Of a DNA stretch of 64,000 nucleotides, positions 39,681 to 49,965 are shown piece after piece. Location of the stretch: NCBI GenBank assembly GCA_964590105.1, contig CAZPYM010000003.1:72179-136178 (forward strand), read 5' to 3'. This stretch comes from an uncultured Gammaproteobacteria bacterium. Lineage in GTDB: Bacteria > Patescibacteriota > Patescibacteriia > UBA11705 > JABHMO01. The notes under the pieces were generated by a model. It was not told where the DNA came from. It saw only the letters and a list, made by a program, of their open reading frames with translations, and did not search any database. How positions within the stretch are numbered: position 1 is the stretch's first letter; every line of letters begins with the position of its first letter. A program made the translations under genes and the position numbers.

Positions 39681-39775
39681 CACGAATGAGCCGCAACGCG
39701 AATGACGCGAATTAGAAGTTTATATGATTGTCAGGCTGATTCGTGTCATTCGTGTCGAGTCTGTTTATTCGTATT
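39681..39775. repeat. Inverted CGAAT/ATTCG repeat array
   Basis: cacgaatga..cgcgaatgacgcgaat ... attcgtgtcattcgtg..attcgta. Confidence 0.8.
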
Positions 39776-39782
39776 TATTTAT

Positions 39783-39868
39783 GCCCAGGTGGTGGAATCG
39801 GTATACACACATGGTTGAGGGCCATGGCTCTTCGGGGCGTGCGGGTTCAAGTCCCGCCCTGGGCACCA
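39783..39868 (+). tRNA. tRNA-Leu (anticodon GAG)
   Basis: GCCCAGG/CCTGGGC, CATGG-TT GAG GG-CCATG, long variable arm, CCA. Confidence 0.96.
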
Positions 39869-39994
39869 TGAATTTTAGAATGAGTACAAAGCTAGATTTC
39901 ATGGTAAAACATTTGTTTAGTTTTTCGGTAGATTCGAATCTCGGGTTCATGCTTGCCGTGTACCCGAACGAAGAGTAGAACTCCGGTAAATTAC

Positions 39995-40020
39995 CACGCC
40001 AAGATGATTGGCGTTTTTTT
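39995..40020 (+). terminator. Intrinsic terminator
   Basis: acgccaa-gatga-ttggcgt-tttttt. Confidence 0.75.
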
Positions 40021-40070
40021 GTTTTTATGAATTATGGTATAATTGAATTGAAAAAAAATAATCAATATTT

Positions 40071-40310
40071 ATGTTTGTAAGAATCTTGATTGGCGCTGTT
40101 GTGTGCGCAATTGGTTTTCTTTTAGTAAGAAAAACGGATTGGGCGCTTGATACCGTCGGATCGATAAATTTTGCCGAAAAAATGTTTTCAGGCGGAAGCC
40201 GTTCATTTTACAAATTGTTCGGTGTAATTGTTATTCTGATAGGTTTCCTGGTGATAACAAATTTGCATGAAAGTTTTTTTGGAGGACTATTTCACTTCTT
40301 TTTTGGCTAA
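40071..40310 (+). CDS. Small two-TM membrane protein
   Basis: Two hydrophobic helices; TG-TATAAT upstream. Confidence 0.75.
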   Translation: MFVRILIGAVVCAIGFLLVRKTDWALDTVGSINFAEKMFSGGSRSFYKLFGVIVILIGFLVITNLHESFFGGLFHFFFG

Positions 40311-40337
40311 TTTGCCGACGGCAAACTGTTTTTTGTT

Positions 40338-40718
40338 ATGAAAGGTTATAAAAAAAGGATTGGCTCCTGGGGGGAAGAACTTGCCGAAAAGTACTTAGTG
40401 GAGCGCGGTTATACTTTGGTGGCAAAAAATTGGAGAGCCCGGGATATGAAAATACTGGGAGAAATTGACTTGATTATGACAAAAGATCAAGAGGTTGTGT
40501 TTGTCGAAGTGAAGACCAGAGCAACTCCGGCTTTTGGTTATGGCGAGCAAGCGGTAACTTATTCTAAAAAGCAAAAGTTAACAAAAGCGATAAATCAATA
40601 TTTAACAGTCCATCCTGAATATGATGATTGTTTTCCTCGTTTTGATATTTTAGTGGTGGAAATTTTTCAACTGACGCCGAATTTTATTCATTTTGAAAAC
40701 GTCGCATTAAATTGTTAA
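40338..40718 (+). CDS. YraN family PD-(D/E)XK nuclease
   Basis: G..GEELA..YL...GY, GEIDLI, VFVEVKTR, RFD. Confidence 0.93.
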   Translation: MKGYKKRIGSWGEELAEKYLVERGYTLVAKNWRARDMKILGEIDLIMTKDQEVVFVEVKTRATPAFGYGEQAVTYSKKQKLTKAINQYLTVHPEYDDCFPRFDILVVEIFQLTPNFIHFENVALNC

Positions 40719-40777
40719 ACTATTAAATCGCCAAACTGTTTAAACAATTTAGCGGTTTAACAATATATTTTATTTTT

Positions 40778-41107
40778 ATGCAAACCCAACAATCTTCTAC
40801 ATCAAATCTTTCAGAAAACAAATTATTGGCGGCCATCAGCTATCTCGGAGTTTTATGCTTAATTCCGCTACTTCTGAAAAAAGACGATAAATTCGTCCAG
40901 TTCCACGCCAAACAAGGGCTGGTGCTTTTTATTGCTGAAATTGTTGTCAGCTTCATTAATATTATCCCTTTTCTTGGGCAAATGATCTGGTTGTTCGTCA
41001 GTTTGGCCTTTTTGCTGATTTCAATTATCGGCTTGATCAAAGCTTGTCAGGGAGAATGGTGGAAAATTCCGTTTTTGTATGAGTATTCGCAAAAAATTAA
41101 CATATAA
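40778..41107 (+). CDS. DUF4870-like membrane protein
   Basis: LAAISYL, FVQFHAKQG, KACQGEWWKIP. Confidence 0.8.
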   Translation: MQTQQSSTSNLSENKLLAAISYLGVLCLIPLLLKKDDKFVQFHAKQGLVLFIAEIVVSFINIIPFLGQMIWLFVSLAFLLISIIGLIKACQGEWWKIPFLYEYSQKINI

Positions 41108-41110
41108 AAT

Positions 41111-42544
41111 ATGAAACGGACAAAAATCGTCTGCACAATCGGACCGGCGTCGGACAAAAAGAATATTTTGAAAAAGCTCGTTCAAAACGGTATGAACGTG
41201 GCGAGGCTTAATTTTTCTCACAATGTTCACAAATATCATTTGCAAGTGATAAAAAATGTTCGTGCCATTGCGAGAGAGCTGGGACAGCCGATTGCCATTT
41301 TGCAGGATTTGCAGGGTCCGAGAATTCGGCTTGGCGATCTTCCTGAAAAAGGAATTGAGCTGAAAGCAGGCAAGCAGATTACATTGACGACGTACAAGGG
41401 AATTCAGCAGGAAAAAATTCCAGTTACTTACGAAAAAATGCACGAGGATGTCAAAGCCGGCGAAAGGATTTTGATTGCCGACGGGTTGATTCAGGTAAAT
41501 GTCCTTGAAGTGAAAGGACAGAACATTATTTGCAAAGTAATTAATGGCGGCAAAATTACTTCTCATAAGGGAATAAATTTGCCGGACACCAGCGTCAGCG
41601 TACCGGCTGTTTCTGGAAAAGACAAAGACGATTTGCTTTTTGGCGTGAAAAACAGAGTTGATTTTGTGGCCTTGTCTTTTGTGCGGACAGCCAAGGATGT
41701 TTATGACCTGAAGTATTTGATTCAAAAATATCAGCAAAAATTAAAAATAAAAGAAAAACAGCCGATAAAAGTTATAGTAAAAATTGAGCGTCGGGAGGCC
41801 ATTGAAAATATTGACGAAATTATTGAAGCCACGGACGCTGTGATGGTGGCGCGCGGCGATTTGGGCATTGAACTGCCGGCGGAAGACGTGCCGCTCATGC
41901 AAAAAATGATTATTGACAAGTGCCTGGCCGCGGCCAAACCGGTAATTGTGGCTACGCAGATGCTTGAGTCAATGATAATTAATCCCCGGCCAACGCGCGC
42001 CGAGGTCAGCGATGTGGCCAATGCGGTAATTGATCATACTGACGCAGTCATGCTGTCCGGCGAAACCGCTTCAGGAAAATATCCGGCGGTAGCGGTTGAA
42101 TACATGAAAAAAATAATTGAAAAAACAGAAAAATCAACATATGATGATTTGGTTTTGCAGGAGAAAGTAAAAAAAATTGTGCCTACAAGCGACGCGGTCA
42201 GCAGTGTGGCGAAAATGCTGGCTGAACACGTGAAAGCTAAATTGATTTTAGCCGCCTCGCTTTCCGGTTATTCCGGCCGAATCGTCAGCCGCTACCGTCC
42301 GGAATTGCCGATTTTGGTTGCTTGCGATAATGAGCGAACCGAGCGCCAATTGAATTTGAGCTGGGGCATTATTCCGTTTGTTCTCCCGCGCTGTGATTCC
42401 ATTGAAGAGCTGCTTGATCGTTCAGTCGGGTATTTAAAGAAAAATAAGTATCTTTTTAAAGAAGATAAGATAATTATCGTGGCCGGCGAGCCGGTTGGCA
42501 GGAGCGGGAATGTTAATTTGGTTGAGATTAAAACGATAAACTAG
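41111..42544 (+). CDS. pyk: Pyruvate kinase
   Basis: TKIVCTIGPA, ARLNFSH, MVARGDLGIE, ATQMLESM, MLSGETA. Confidence 0.99.
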   Translation: MKRTKIVCTIGPASDKKNILKKLVQNGMNVARLNFSHNVHKYHLQVIKNVRAIARELGQPIAILQDLQGPRIRLGDLPEKGIELKAGKQITLTTYKGIQQEKIPVTYEKMHEDVKAGERILIADGLIQVNVLEVKGQNIICKVINGGKITSHKGINLPDTSVSVPAVSGKDKDDLLFGVKNRVDFVALSFVRTAKDVYDLKYLIQKYQQKLKIKEKQPIKVIVKIERREAIENIDEIIEATDAVMVARGDLGIELPAEDVPLMQKMIIDKCLAAAKPVIVATQMLESMIINPRPTRAEVSDVANAVIDHTDAVMLSGETASGKYPAVAVEYMKKIIEKTEKSTYDDLVLQEKVKKIVPTSDAVSSVAKMLAEHVKAKLILAASLSGYSGRIVSRYRPELPILVACDNERTERQLNLSWGIIPFVLPRCDSIEELLDRSVGYLKKNKYLFKEDKIIIVAGEPVGRSGNVNLVEIKTIN

Positions 42545-42546
42545 GT

Positions 42547-44919
42547 ATGACAAAGAAAAATAAGTATATTTTGTTTTTTCGGGAAATCAATAAAACCGAC
42601 ATTGGTCTAGTCGGCGGGAAAAATGCCTCGCTCGGCGAAATGTATTCCAATTTGGGGAAAAGAGGCATTCTGGTTCCGGACGGTTTTGCAATTACAGCCA
42701 AGGCTTATTTTGATTTTATTGGCGAGGCAAAGATAAAAAATAAGATCGCTAAAATTTTAAAAGGCTTGGATGTGCAGAACGTAAGAGAGCTGGCGCTTCG
42801 AAGTTCAGAGGTCAGAGAATTAATTATACAGGCCGAGTTTTCAGAAAAACTTCAAACGCAGATTATTTCTGCCTATAATATTTTGTCAAAAAAATATAAG
42901 GCTGGAAATCTCGATGTGGCAGTGAGAAGTTCAGCCACGGCGGAAGACCTGCCAATAGCTTCATTCGCTGGGCAACTGGAGTCTTATTTGAATATTTCCG
43001 GAGAAAAAGAACTTTTACTGACAATAAAAAAATGTTTTGCTTCTTTGTTTACCAATCGAGCTGTTTCTTATCGGTATGACAAAAAATTTCCGCTGTGGAA
43101 AGTTGGAATTTCAGTGGGCGTGCAAAAAATGGTTAGAAGCGACAAAGCCGGCGCAGGCGTAATGTTTACCCTGGAAACTGAAAGCGGGTTTAAAGATTTA
43201 GTCATGATAAACGCGGGATTCGGGCTTGGCGAAAATGTGGTCAAAGGCAGAATAATGCCGGACGAGTATTTTGTTTTCAAAAAAACATTAGTCGGTAAAT
43301 TCAAGCCGATTATCAGAAAAGAAATCGGAAAAAAAGAATGGAAATTGATTTATAGTTTCAATAAACAAAAGTCCACGAAGAATTTATTAACCCCAAAAGC
43401 GGAGCGGCAGAAATTTGTGTTGAGCGATTCTGAAATTTTACAGCTGGCAAAATGGGGCGTGGAAATAGAAAAATATTTTAACAAGCCGATGGATATTGAG
43501 TGGGCCAAGGACGGAAATGACAAGAAAATTTATATCGTGCAGGCGCGGCCTGAAACGGTTCATTCTCAAAAAAATCAAAATATTTTCGAAGAGTATACGC
43601 TCTTGGCAAAATCAAAGGTTATATTAAAAGGTTTGAGCGTCGGCAATAAAATTGGCAGCGGGCAAGTGCGGATTGTAAAAAATCCCGCGGAATTGAGCCG
43701 TTTCAAGCAAGGCGAAATTTTGGTGGCGAAAATAACTGACCCAGCCTGGGAGCCGATTATGAAAGCGGCCGGAGCCATTATTACTGACAGCGGCGGCAGG
43801 ACGTGCCACGCGGCAATAATCAGCAGAGAGATGGGAGTTCCCTGCGTGGTGGGGACAAAACAAGCAACTTCAATTTTAAAAAATGGACAAAAGATTACGG
43901 TTGACTGTTCCGAGGGAACAGACGGAACAATTTATCAGGGTGAGTTAAAAATTAACAAAAAGAAAATCAATCTGTCAAAAGTAAGCTTACCAAAAAAAGT
44001 AAAAATAATGATGAATATCGGCAATCCTGATATTGCTTTTGCCAGTTCTTTCCTGCCGAATAGCGGCGTGGGATTGGCGCGCGAAGAATTTATTATCAGT
44101 AATTATGTCGGCATCCATCCTTTGGCGCTCCTTGATTATTGCCGTTTGCCCTTGAAGCTTAAAAAGCAGATTGAAGAGTTAACGCCGAATTATAAAGATA
44201 AAAGCCAATATTATATTGATCGGTTGTCGCAGGGGGTAGGCCAGATAGCGGCGGCTTTTTATCCGAAAGAAGTAATCGTGCGTTTTTCTGATTTTAAAAC
44301 CAATGAATATCGCAGTTTGGTCGGCGGCAATCTTTATGAACCAAAAGAAGCCAATCCAATGATCGGTTGGCGCGGCGCTTCGCGGTATTATGATCCGAAG
44401 TTCAAGAAAGCGTTCATTATGGAAATCGAAGCGATCAAAAAGGCACGCGAAGTTTTTGGTTTAGACAATATAAATGTGATGATTCCGTTTTGCCGCAGCG
44501 TGGAAGAAGCAAAAAAAGTCATGGCGATATTAAAGCAAAACGGTTTAAAAAGAAGTAAAAAATTGAAAGTATATTTGATGTGTGAATTGCCGGTTAATGT
44601 TTTGAACGCTGAATCATTCTTGCCTTTGGTTGACGGCTATAGCATCGGCAGCAATGATCTGACGCAGCTGACTCTCGGCGTTGACCGCGATTCTGAGCTG
44701 GTCAGCCATATTTATAATGAATTGAACCCTGCTGTTTTGAAAAGTCTGGCGCAGGTAATTTCCACCTGCCGCCGGATGAAGAAAAAAGTGGGAATTTGCG
44801 GGCAGGCACCGTCCGACTTTCCGGAATTTGCTAGGTTTTTAGTGAAAAATAAAATTGATTCAATGTCTCTAACTCCGGATTCGGTGATTAAAACCATAAA
44901 GAAAATAAAAAACAAATGA
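42547..44919 (+). CDS. ppsA: Phosphoenolpyruvate synthase
   Basis: GGKNASLGEM, VRSSATAED, QARPETV, GGRTCHAAI, SIGSNDLTQ, ICGQAPSD. Confidence 0.98.
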   Translation: MTKKNKYILFFREINKTDIGLVGGKNASLGEMYSNLGKRGILVPDGFAITAKAYFDFIGEAKIKNKIAKILKGLDVQNVRELALRSSEVRELIIQAEFSEKLQTQIISAYNILSKKYKAGNLDVAVRSSATAEDLPIASFAGQLESYLNISGEKELLLTIKKCFASLFTNRAVSYRYDKKFPLWKVGISVGVQKMVRSDKAGAGVMFTLETESGFKDLVMINAGFGLGENVVKGRIMPDEYFVFKKTLVGKFKPIIRKEIGKKEWKLIYSFNKQKSTKNLLTPKAERQKFVLSDSEILQLAKWGVEIEKYFNKPMDIEWAKDGNDKKIYIVQARPETVHSQKNQNIFEEYTLLAKSKVILKGLSVGNKIGSGQVRIVKNPAELSRFKQGEILVAKITDPAWEPIMKAAGAIITDSGGRTCHAAIISREMGVPCVVGTKQATSILKNGQKITVDCSEGTDGTIYQGELKINKKKINLSKVSLPKKVKIMMNIGNPDIAFASSFLPNSGVGLAREEFIISNYVGIHPLALLDYCRLPLKLKKQIEELTPNYKDKSQYYIDRLSQGVGQIAAAFYPKEVIVRFSDFKTNEYRSLVGGNLYEPKEANPMIGWRGASRYYDPKFKKAFIMEIEAIKKAREVFGLDNINVMIPFCRSVEEAKKVMAILKQNGLKRSKKLKVYLMCELPVNVLNAESFLPLVDGYSIGSNDLTQLTLGVDRDSELVSHIYNELNPAVLKSLAQVISTCRRMKKKVGICGQAPSDFPEFARFLVKNKIDSMSLTPDSVIKTIKKIKNK

Positions 44920-45152
44920 AATCGCAGGCAAAATATTTAATTTTATTAATATTTATTTTGGTGGTTATCCTGGCGATGTTTTTTATTTATTCAAATATTA
45001 ATTCGCCGGAAAAAATTGTTTATTATCAGGAAAAGCCAAAAATATTAGAAAAAGTTTACTGCATTATCAGGGGCGGCGCGTTGGAAATTTTGGAGGATGG
45101 CGCGATCAACAGTGAAGACGGTCTTGCTGTTTATCTTTGCCATTTCCATTAG
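44916..45152 (+). CDS. Small membrane-anchored hypothetical protein
   Basis: ATGA overlap with ppsA; N-terminal TM; C...GG...C pattern. Confidence 0.6.
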   Translation: MKSQAKYLILLIFILVVILAMFFIYSNINSPEKIVYYQEKPKILEKVYCIIRGGALEILEDGAINSEDGLAVYLCHFH

Positions 45153-45176
45153 AAAAATAAAAAAATATAAACGGTT

Positions 45177-46316
45177 ATGATTTTTAGCGAAAAAAAAACC
45201 AGTTTCTGGGAGGCGGTGGCCACGCTTGTCGGCACAATTATTGGCGCGGGAGTTCTCGGCGTGCCGTTTGTTATTGCTCAGGTCGGTGTTTTACCAGGAT
45301 TTATAATGTTGGCGATTTTAGGATTAGCGGCAATGCTTATGAATTTAATGTTTGCCGAAGTGGTTCTGCGTACTCATTTCCGGCATCAGATAGCCGGATA
45401 TGCAAAAAAGTATTTGGGAGTCTTTGCCTACCGAATAGCGACTGTGGCGGTTCTGATCGGCGGCTATGGCGCGCTAACTGCGTATTTGATTGGCGAAGGT
45501 GAAGTTTTGTCGGCGCTTTTTGGCGGGGAAAGTTTTTTGTACAGTTTGTTTTTCTTTGTTATTTGTGCAGTGGTTCTATATGTTGGTCTAAAACTGGTAA
45601 AAGTTTTTGAGCTTTGGATGGTGGCGATATTTATTATTATCATTTTAATCATCTTTGCCAAAAGTTACTTGTCAATTGATTTTTCAAATTTGCATTATGT
45701 TCACTGGAGCAAAATTTTTCTGCCGTACGGCGTGATTTTATTTGCCTACGGCGGCGCGGCCTCAGTCGTGCCTTTGCGTGAAATTCTGCGCCGCCGTGAA
45801 AAGTTAGTTCCTCATGCCGTCGCTGTCGCCAGTATTATTCCTATTATTATTTATTGCATTTTTGCTATTGTGGTCGTGGGCGTTACAGGCTTGTCAACAA
45901 CAGAAGTAGGCTCGGTTGGTTTGGGGCAGACAATTGGACCTTTTATGATTGTTTTTGGAAATTTATTCGCAGTTTTTGCTATGGGCACCAGTTTTTTGAT
46001 TATTGGCGAAACCATGAAGGAATTTTTTCAGTTTGATTTTAAAATGCCAAAGCCGGCAGCTTGGCTAAGCGTCGTATCAATTCCATTAATTATTTTTTTG
46101 GTCGGGGCCAGAGATTTTATTGCAGTGATGAGCATTGCCGGCAGTCTTACTTTTGGTTTGACCGGAATCCTTTTGGTTTTAATGTATTGGAAAGCCAAGA
46201 AGCATGGCGACCGCCGGCCGGAATTTAGCTTGCCAAAATTTAAAGTTGTTGGTTTGGCCTTGATTGCCATGTTCGCGGCGGGCATTGGTTATGCTGTTAT
46301 TGAGTTGTTAAAATAG
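45177..46316 (+). CDS. Amino acid permease (HAAAP, Mtr/TyrP-like)
   Basis: GTIIGAGVLGVP; ~11 TM. Confidence 0.88.
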   Translation: MIFSEKKTSFWEAVATLVGTIIGAGVLGVPFVIAQVGVLPGFIMLAILGLAAMLMNLMFAEVVLRTHFRHQIAGYAKKYLGVFAYRIATVAVLIGGYGALTAYLIGEGEVLSALFGGESFLYSLFFFVICAVVLYVGLKLVKVFELWMVAIFIIIILIIFAKSYLSIDFSNLHYVHWSKIFLPYGVILFAYGGAASVVPLREILRRREKLVPHAVAVASIIPIIIYCIFAIVVVGVTGLSTTEVGSVGLGQTIGPFMIVFGNLFAVFAMGTSFLIIGETMKEFFQFDFKMPKPAAWLSVVSIPLIIFLVGARDFIAVMSIAGSLTFGLTGILLVLMYWKAKKHGDRRPEFSLPKFKVVGLALIAMFAAGIGYAVIELLK

Positions 46317-46441
46317 CGATTGATTACATCGAATACAGAATGTTTGTTAAATCGGTTCTATTGAAAATGGAGCTTTTTTTGTTTCTAAAATAAGCTTGAT
46401 TTAGCTGTAATTTTGTGTTATGGTAATGAAGATTCACTCCT

Positions 46442-47926
46442 ATGAAAGATGCGACCAAATTAAAAATTTATGAAATGATCCCGGGCACTTTGATCTGGAC
46501 GAGCTTTATTTTGTCTTTTGTTTTGTCATTTATTTGGCCTATTTTCGTTATTTGTTTCATTATTGCTTTTGATTTATATTGGCTATTACGTGTTTTGCAT
46601 TTTATTTTCTACGCCAGTTATTCATATTTCAAATACAAGAGCACGATTCAAATCGATTGGTTGGGTAAAGTCGAAAAGATCCCCGGCTGGGAAAAAATTT
46701 ATCATATTATTTATATCCCGACTTATGGCGAACCGGTCGAAGTTTTGCGCACGACTTTTAATAGTTTGTGCAACAGCAGTTATCCTTTGAAAAAAATGAT
46801 TGTTATCCTGGGCGGAGAAGGCAGGGTAGAACAAGATTTTAGAACCAAGGCGGCTCAGATAAAAAAAGAATTTGGCGATAAATTTTTTCAATTAAAGTTT
46901 ACTATTCATCCAGATGGATTACCGGGAGAATTAAAGGGCAAAGGCGCCAATGCCAATTGGATGGGGCACAAGTCGCAGCAATTGATTGACGAGCTGAAAA
47001 TTCCTTATGAAAATTTAATTGCTTCATATTTTGACTGCGATACTTGCGTGCACAAAAAATATTTTGCTCATTTGACTTACCGTTATCTGACTCACAAAAC
47101 ACCGACCAGAGTTTCATATCAGCCGGCGGTAAATTACAACAACAATATCTGGGACGCGCCGGCGGCCATGAGGGTGACAGCTTTTGGCACAATTTTCTGG
47201 CTACTGATGGATCTGATGCGGCCAGAGCGTTTGTATACATTTAGTTCTCATTCAATGAGTTTCAAAGCGCTCGTTGATGTCGGCTTTTGGCAAAAAGATA
47301 TTGTGACTGATGATTCCAGAATATTTTTGCAATGTTTTTTCAAATACCATGGCAACTATGCGGTTGAGCCAATGTATGTCCCTGTTTCCATGGATACGGT
47401 GATGGATAAAAATTATTGGCAAGGATTTAAGAATCTTTACAAGCAGCAGCGGCGCTGGGCCTGGGGCGTGGAGCATTTTCCGTATATGATGCTGAATTTT
47501 GGCAAAGATAAAAAAATCCCCTGGTACAAAAAATTAAAATACACCTGGAATTTAACAGAAGGAATGTATTCCTGGGCAACTGCTCCGATTTTGATTTTTG
47601 TTTTAGGCCGCTTGCCCCTGTGGGTCGCCGGCAGAGGCGAGGTTTCCTCATCAGTAATTGTTCAGAATGCCCCATTTGTACTTGAATGGCTTATGTCCGC
47701 CGCTATGATCGGTATATTTTTTTCGGCAATAATTAGTTTGCTTATACTGCCGCCGCGTCCAAAGGATCATCCGCGCTGGAAATATCTGATTATGTTTTTG
47801 CAGTGGATTTTACTGCCCGTAACATTGGTTATTTTCGGTTCTATCCCGGCAACAGAGGCGCAAACTCGTTTGATGTTGCCAAAAAAATATCATTTGGGAT
47901 TTTTCACCACGCCGAAAGTACGGTAA
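46442..47926 (+). CDS. Membrane-embedded GT2 glycosyltransferase
   Basis: KGAN, FDCD, TDD, QQRRWAWG (QxxRW). Confidence 0.88.
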   Translation: MKDATKLKIYEMIPGTLIWTSFILSFVLSFIWPIFVICFIIAFDLYWLLRVLHFIFYASYSYFKYKSTIQIDWLGKVEKIPGWEKIYHIIYIPTYGEPVEVLRTTFNSLCNSSYPLKKMIVILGGEGRVEQDFRTKAAQIKKEFGDKFFQLKFTIHPDGLPGELKGKGANANWMGHKSQQLIDELKIPYENLIASYFDCDTCVHKKYFAHLTYRYLTHKTPTRVSYQPAVNYNNNIWDAPAAMRVTAFGTIFWLLMDLMRPERLYTFSSHSMSFKALVDVGFWQKDIVTDDSRIFLQCFFKYHGNYAVEPMYVPVSMDTVMDKNYWQGFKNLYKQQRRWAWGVEHFPYMMLNFGKDKKIPWYKKLKYTWNLTEGMYSWATAPILIFVLGRLPLWVAGRGEVSSSVIVQNAPFVLEWLMSAAMIGIFFSAIISLLILPPRPKDHPRWKYLIMFLQWILLPVTLVIFGSIPATEAQTRLMLPKKYHLGFFTTPKVR

Positions 47927-47982
47927 GTAAGGTCATTATTATTCCAAATAAACGTCAAGTTCCAAATTTAGAAAATTAGAAT

Positions 47983-48040
47983 AATTGTAATTTGTAATTT
48001 TTGCTTTATCGTTTGTAATTTGTTTTTGTAATTTGTAATC
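47983..48040. repeat. TTGTAAT heptamer array
   Basis: ttgtaatttgtaattt...tttgtaatttgtttttgtaatttgtaatc. Confidence 0.7.
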
Positions 48041-48049
48041 TAAACTATT

Positions 48050-49027
48050 ATGTCCAAAGTTTCCATCAACTTAGTCACCTGGAACGGCGCTCGTTATATT
48101 GAAAATTGCCTGCGTTCGGTTATGAATCAAACATTCAAGGACTATTCGATTGTCATTATTGATAATGGCTCAACAGATCAGACTTTGGAATTAATTGACG
48201 AGCGTTATCCTCACCTGAAAATAATTAAGCATAAGGAAAATTTTGGTTTTGCCAAGGCGCACAACCAGGCTATCCATTGGACAAAATCAGATTATGTTTT
48301 GTGTTTGAATCAGGATGTTGAGCTCGATGAAAATTTTCTGGCAGAAATGGTGCGCTTTATGGACTCGCAGCCAATGGTCGGGACGGCCAGCGCCAAGGTT
48401 TTGCGATTGCAGGAAGGCGAGAGAACCAATTATATTGACACTCTTGGTTTGAAAATATTTAAAAATTTTAGAGTTATTGATATGGCCAGCGGAGAAGTTG
48501 ACGAGGGACAGTATGATGTTTCTGAAGAAGTGTTTGGCGTTTCTGGAGCAGTGCCATTTTTTCGGCGCAAAGCCTTGGAGGAAGCAATCTATCAGCAGGA
48601 ATATTTTGACGAATCATTTTTCAGTTACAAAGAAGATGTGGATCTGGCTTTCCGACTGCGCCTTGTCGGCTGGAGATCGTGGCGAGTGCCAAAAGCCGTG
48701 GCTTATCATGATCGGACAGTGACAACGCCAGTGAACCGGATGACAAAAATACAGATTGCCAGAAACAGAATAAAAAAATCAAAGTTTGCCAATTATTATT
48801 CATACCGTAATCATTTATTTTTTCTAATCAAATGTCTGCCAAAATTAAATTGGCGGGTTTTCTGGTATGAGTTGGTAAAGTTTTTTTATGTTTTGTCTTT
48901 GGAAACTAGGAATCTAAGGGTTTGGTCAGAGGTACTTAAAAACCGGAAGCAACTACAGCTCAAACGAAAAGTAATCTGGAAAAATGCCAAGGTTAAGGAA
49001 GAAGATCTGGTGCAGTGGTTTAGTTAG
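48050..49027 (+). CDS. GT2 glycosyltransferase
   Basis: IDNGSTD, NFGFAKAHN, LNQD, YKEDVDL. Confidence 0.93.
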   Translation: MSKVSINLVTWNGARYIENCLRSVMNQTFKDYSIVIIDNGSTDQTLELIDERYPHLKIIKHKENFGFAKAHNQAIHWTKSDYVLCLNQDVELDENFLAEMVRFMDSQPMVGTASAKVLRLQEGERTNYIDTLGLKIFKNFRVIDMASGEVDEGQYDVSEEVFGVSGAVPFFRRKALEEAIYQQEYFDESFFSYKEDVDLAFRLRLVGWRSWRVPKAVAYHDRTVTTPVNRMTKIQIARNRIKKSKFANYYSYRNHLFFLIKCLPKLNWRVFWYELVKFFYVLSLETRNLRVWSEVLKNRKQLQLKRKVIWKNAKVKEEDLVQWFS

Positions 49028-49173
49028 AGGAAAAGCACAAATCACAAAATCCAAAACTCGAAGGAAATTCCAAATCTAAAATTCACAAATCATTTTGGAA
49101 TTTTGAATTTTGCGCTTTGAATTTAAGTCTTCAGTACGCGGTAATCGCGTTAAACATTAATCTTCCATACACT

Positions 49174-49965
49174 ATGGAGTTGAGCATAATAATTTTAAAT
49201 TACAAAATGAAGGGCTTGGTTAAAAATTGCGTCAAGACTATTTTTGAGTCTGAATTTGATCAGCCCTATGAAATAATTGTTGTGGATAATAATTCCGGCG
49301 ATGGAGTTGAAGCTATGCTTCAGGAGAGATTTCCACAAGTTAAATTTATCCAAACCGGCGCAAACCTGGGAATGGGCGCGGGAAACAACGCCGGAATTAA
49401 TGCAGCGCTGGGAAAATATGTTTTAATAATGAATCCTGATATTTTTGTGTCCAGGGATTCTTTGCAAAAACTTTATGATTATATTAGCCAGCGGTCTGAT
49501 GTTGGTCTGGTGGCGCCGCGCTTGTTAAATCCCGACAAAACCTTGCAATACACGTGCTATCGCTGGCATAAATTTTTAACGCCGGCTTTGCGACGTACTT
49601 TTTTTGGTAAAATTAAATGGGCGCAGAAAGAGTTGGATCGTTTTTTAATGCGGGACTGGGATCATGCATCAACTCGTGAAGTAGATTGGATCCAGGGCTC
49701 GTGCCTGCTCATTCCTAAAAAAGTGATTGATGAAGCCGGAGCTTTTGACGATCGTTTTTTTATGTATTTTGAGGATACTGATCTTTGTCGGCGAATTCGA
49801 AAAGCCGGATACAAAAATGTTTATTTGGCAGAGGCTGAAGTTGTTCATCTGCACCGCCGCCAGTCAGCTGATCAGAGCGGCCTGAAGTCTTTGTTCAGCA
49901 AACTGACCAGGATTCATATTGCCAGCTGGATGAAGTATATGTTGAAGTGGAAGGGGGAAAGTTAA
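49174..49965 (+). CDS. GT2 glycosyltransferase (WbbL-like)
   Basis: VVDNNSGD, MNPD, VDWIQGS, FFMYFEDTDL. Confidence 0.92.
   Translation: MELSIIILNYKMKGLVKNCVKTIFESEFDQPYEIIVVDNNSGDGVEAMLQERFPQVKFIQTGANLGMGAGNNAGINAALGKYVLIMNPDIFVSRDSLQKLYDYISQRSDVGLVAPRLLNPDKTLQYTCYRWHKFLTPALRRTFFGKIKWAQKELDRFLMRDWDHASTREVDWIQGSCLLIPKKVIDEAGAFDDRFFMYFEDTDLCRRIRKAGYKNVYLAEAEVVHLHRRQSADQSGLKSLFSKLTRIHIASWMKYMLKWKGES

Noticed and set aside
39371-39775. CRISPR array
   Set aside because: Units are ~9 nt, degenerate and inverted, with no unique spacers and no cas genes
39724-39978. 84-aa ORF and the antisense 61-aa ORF
   Set aside because: They overlap the repeat arm and tRNA-Leu
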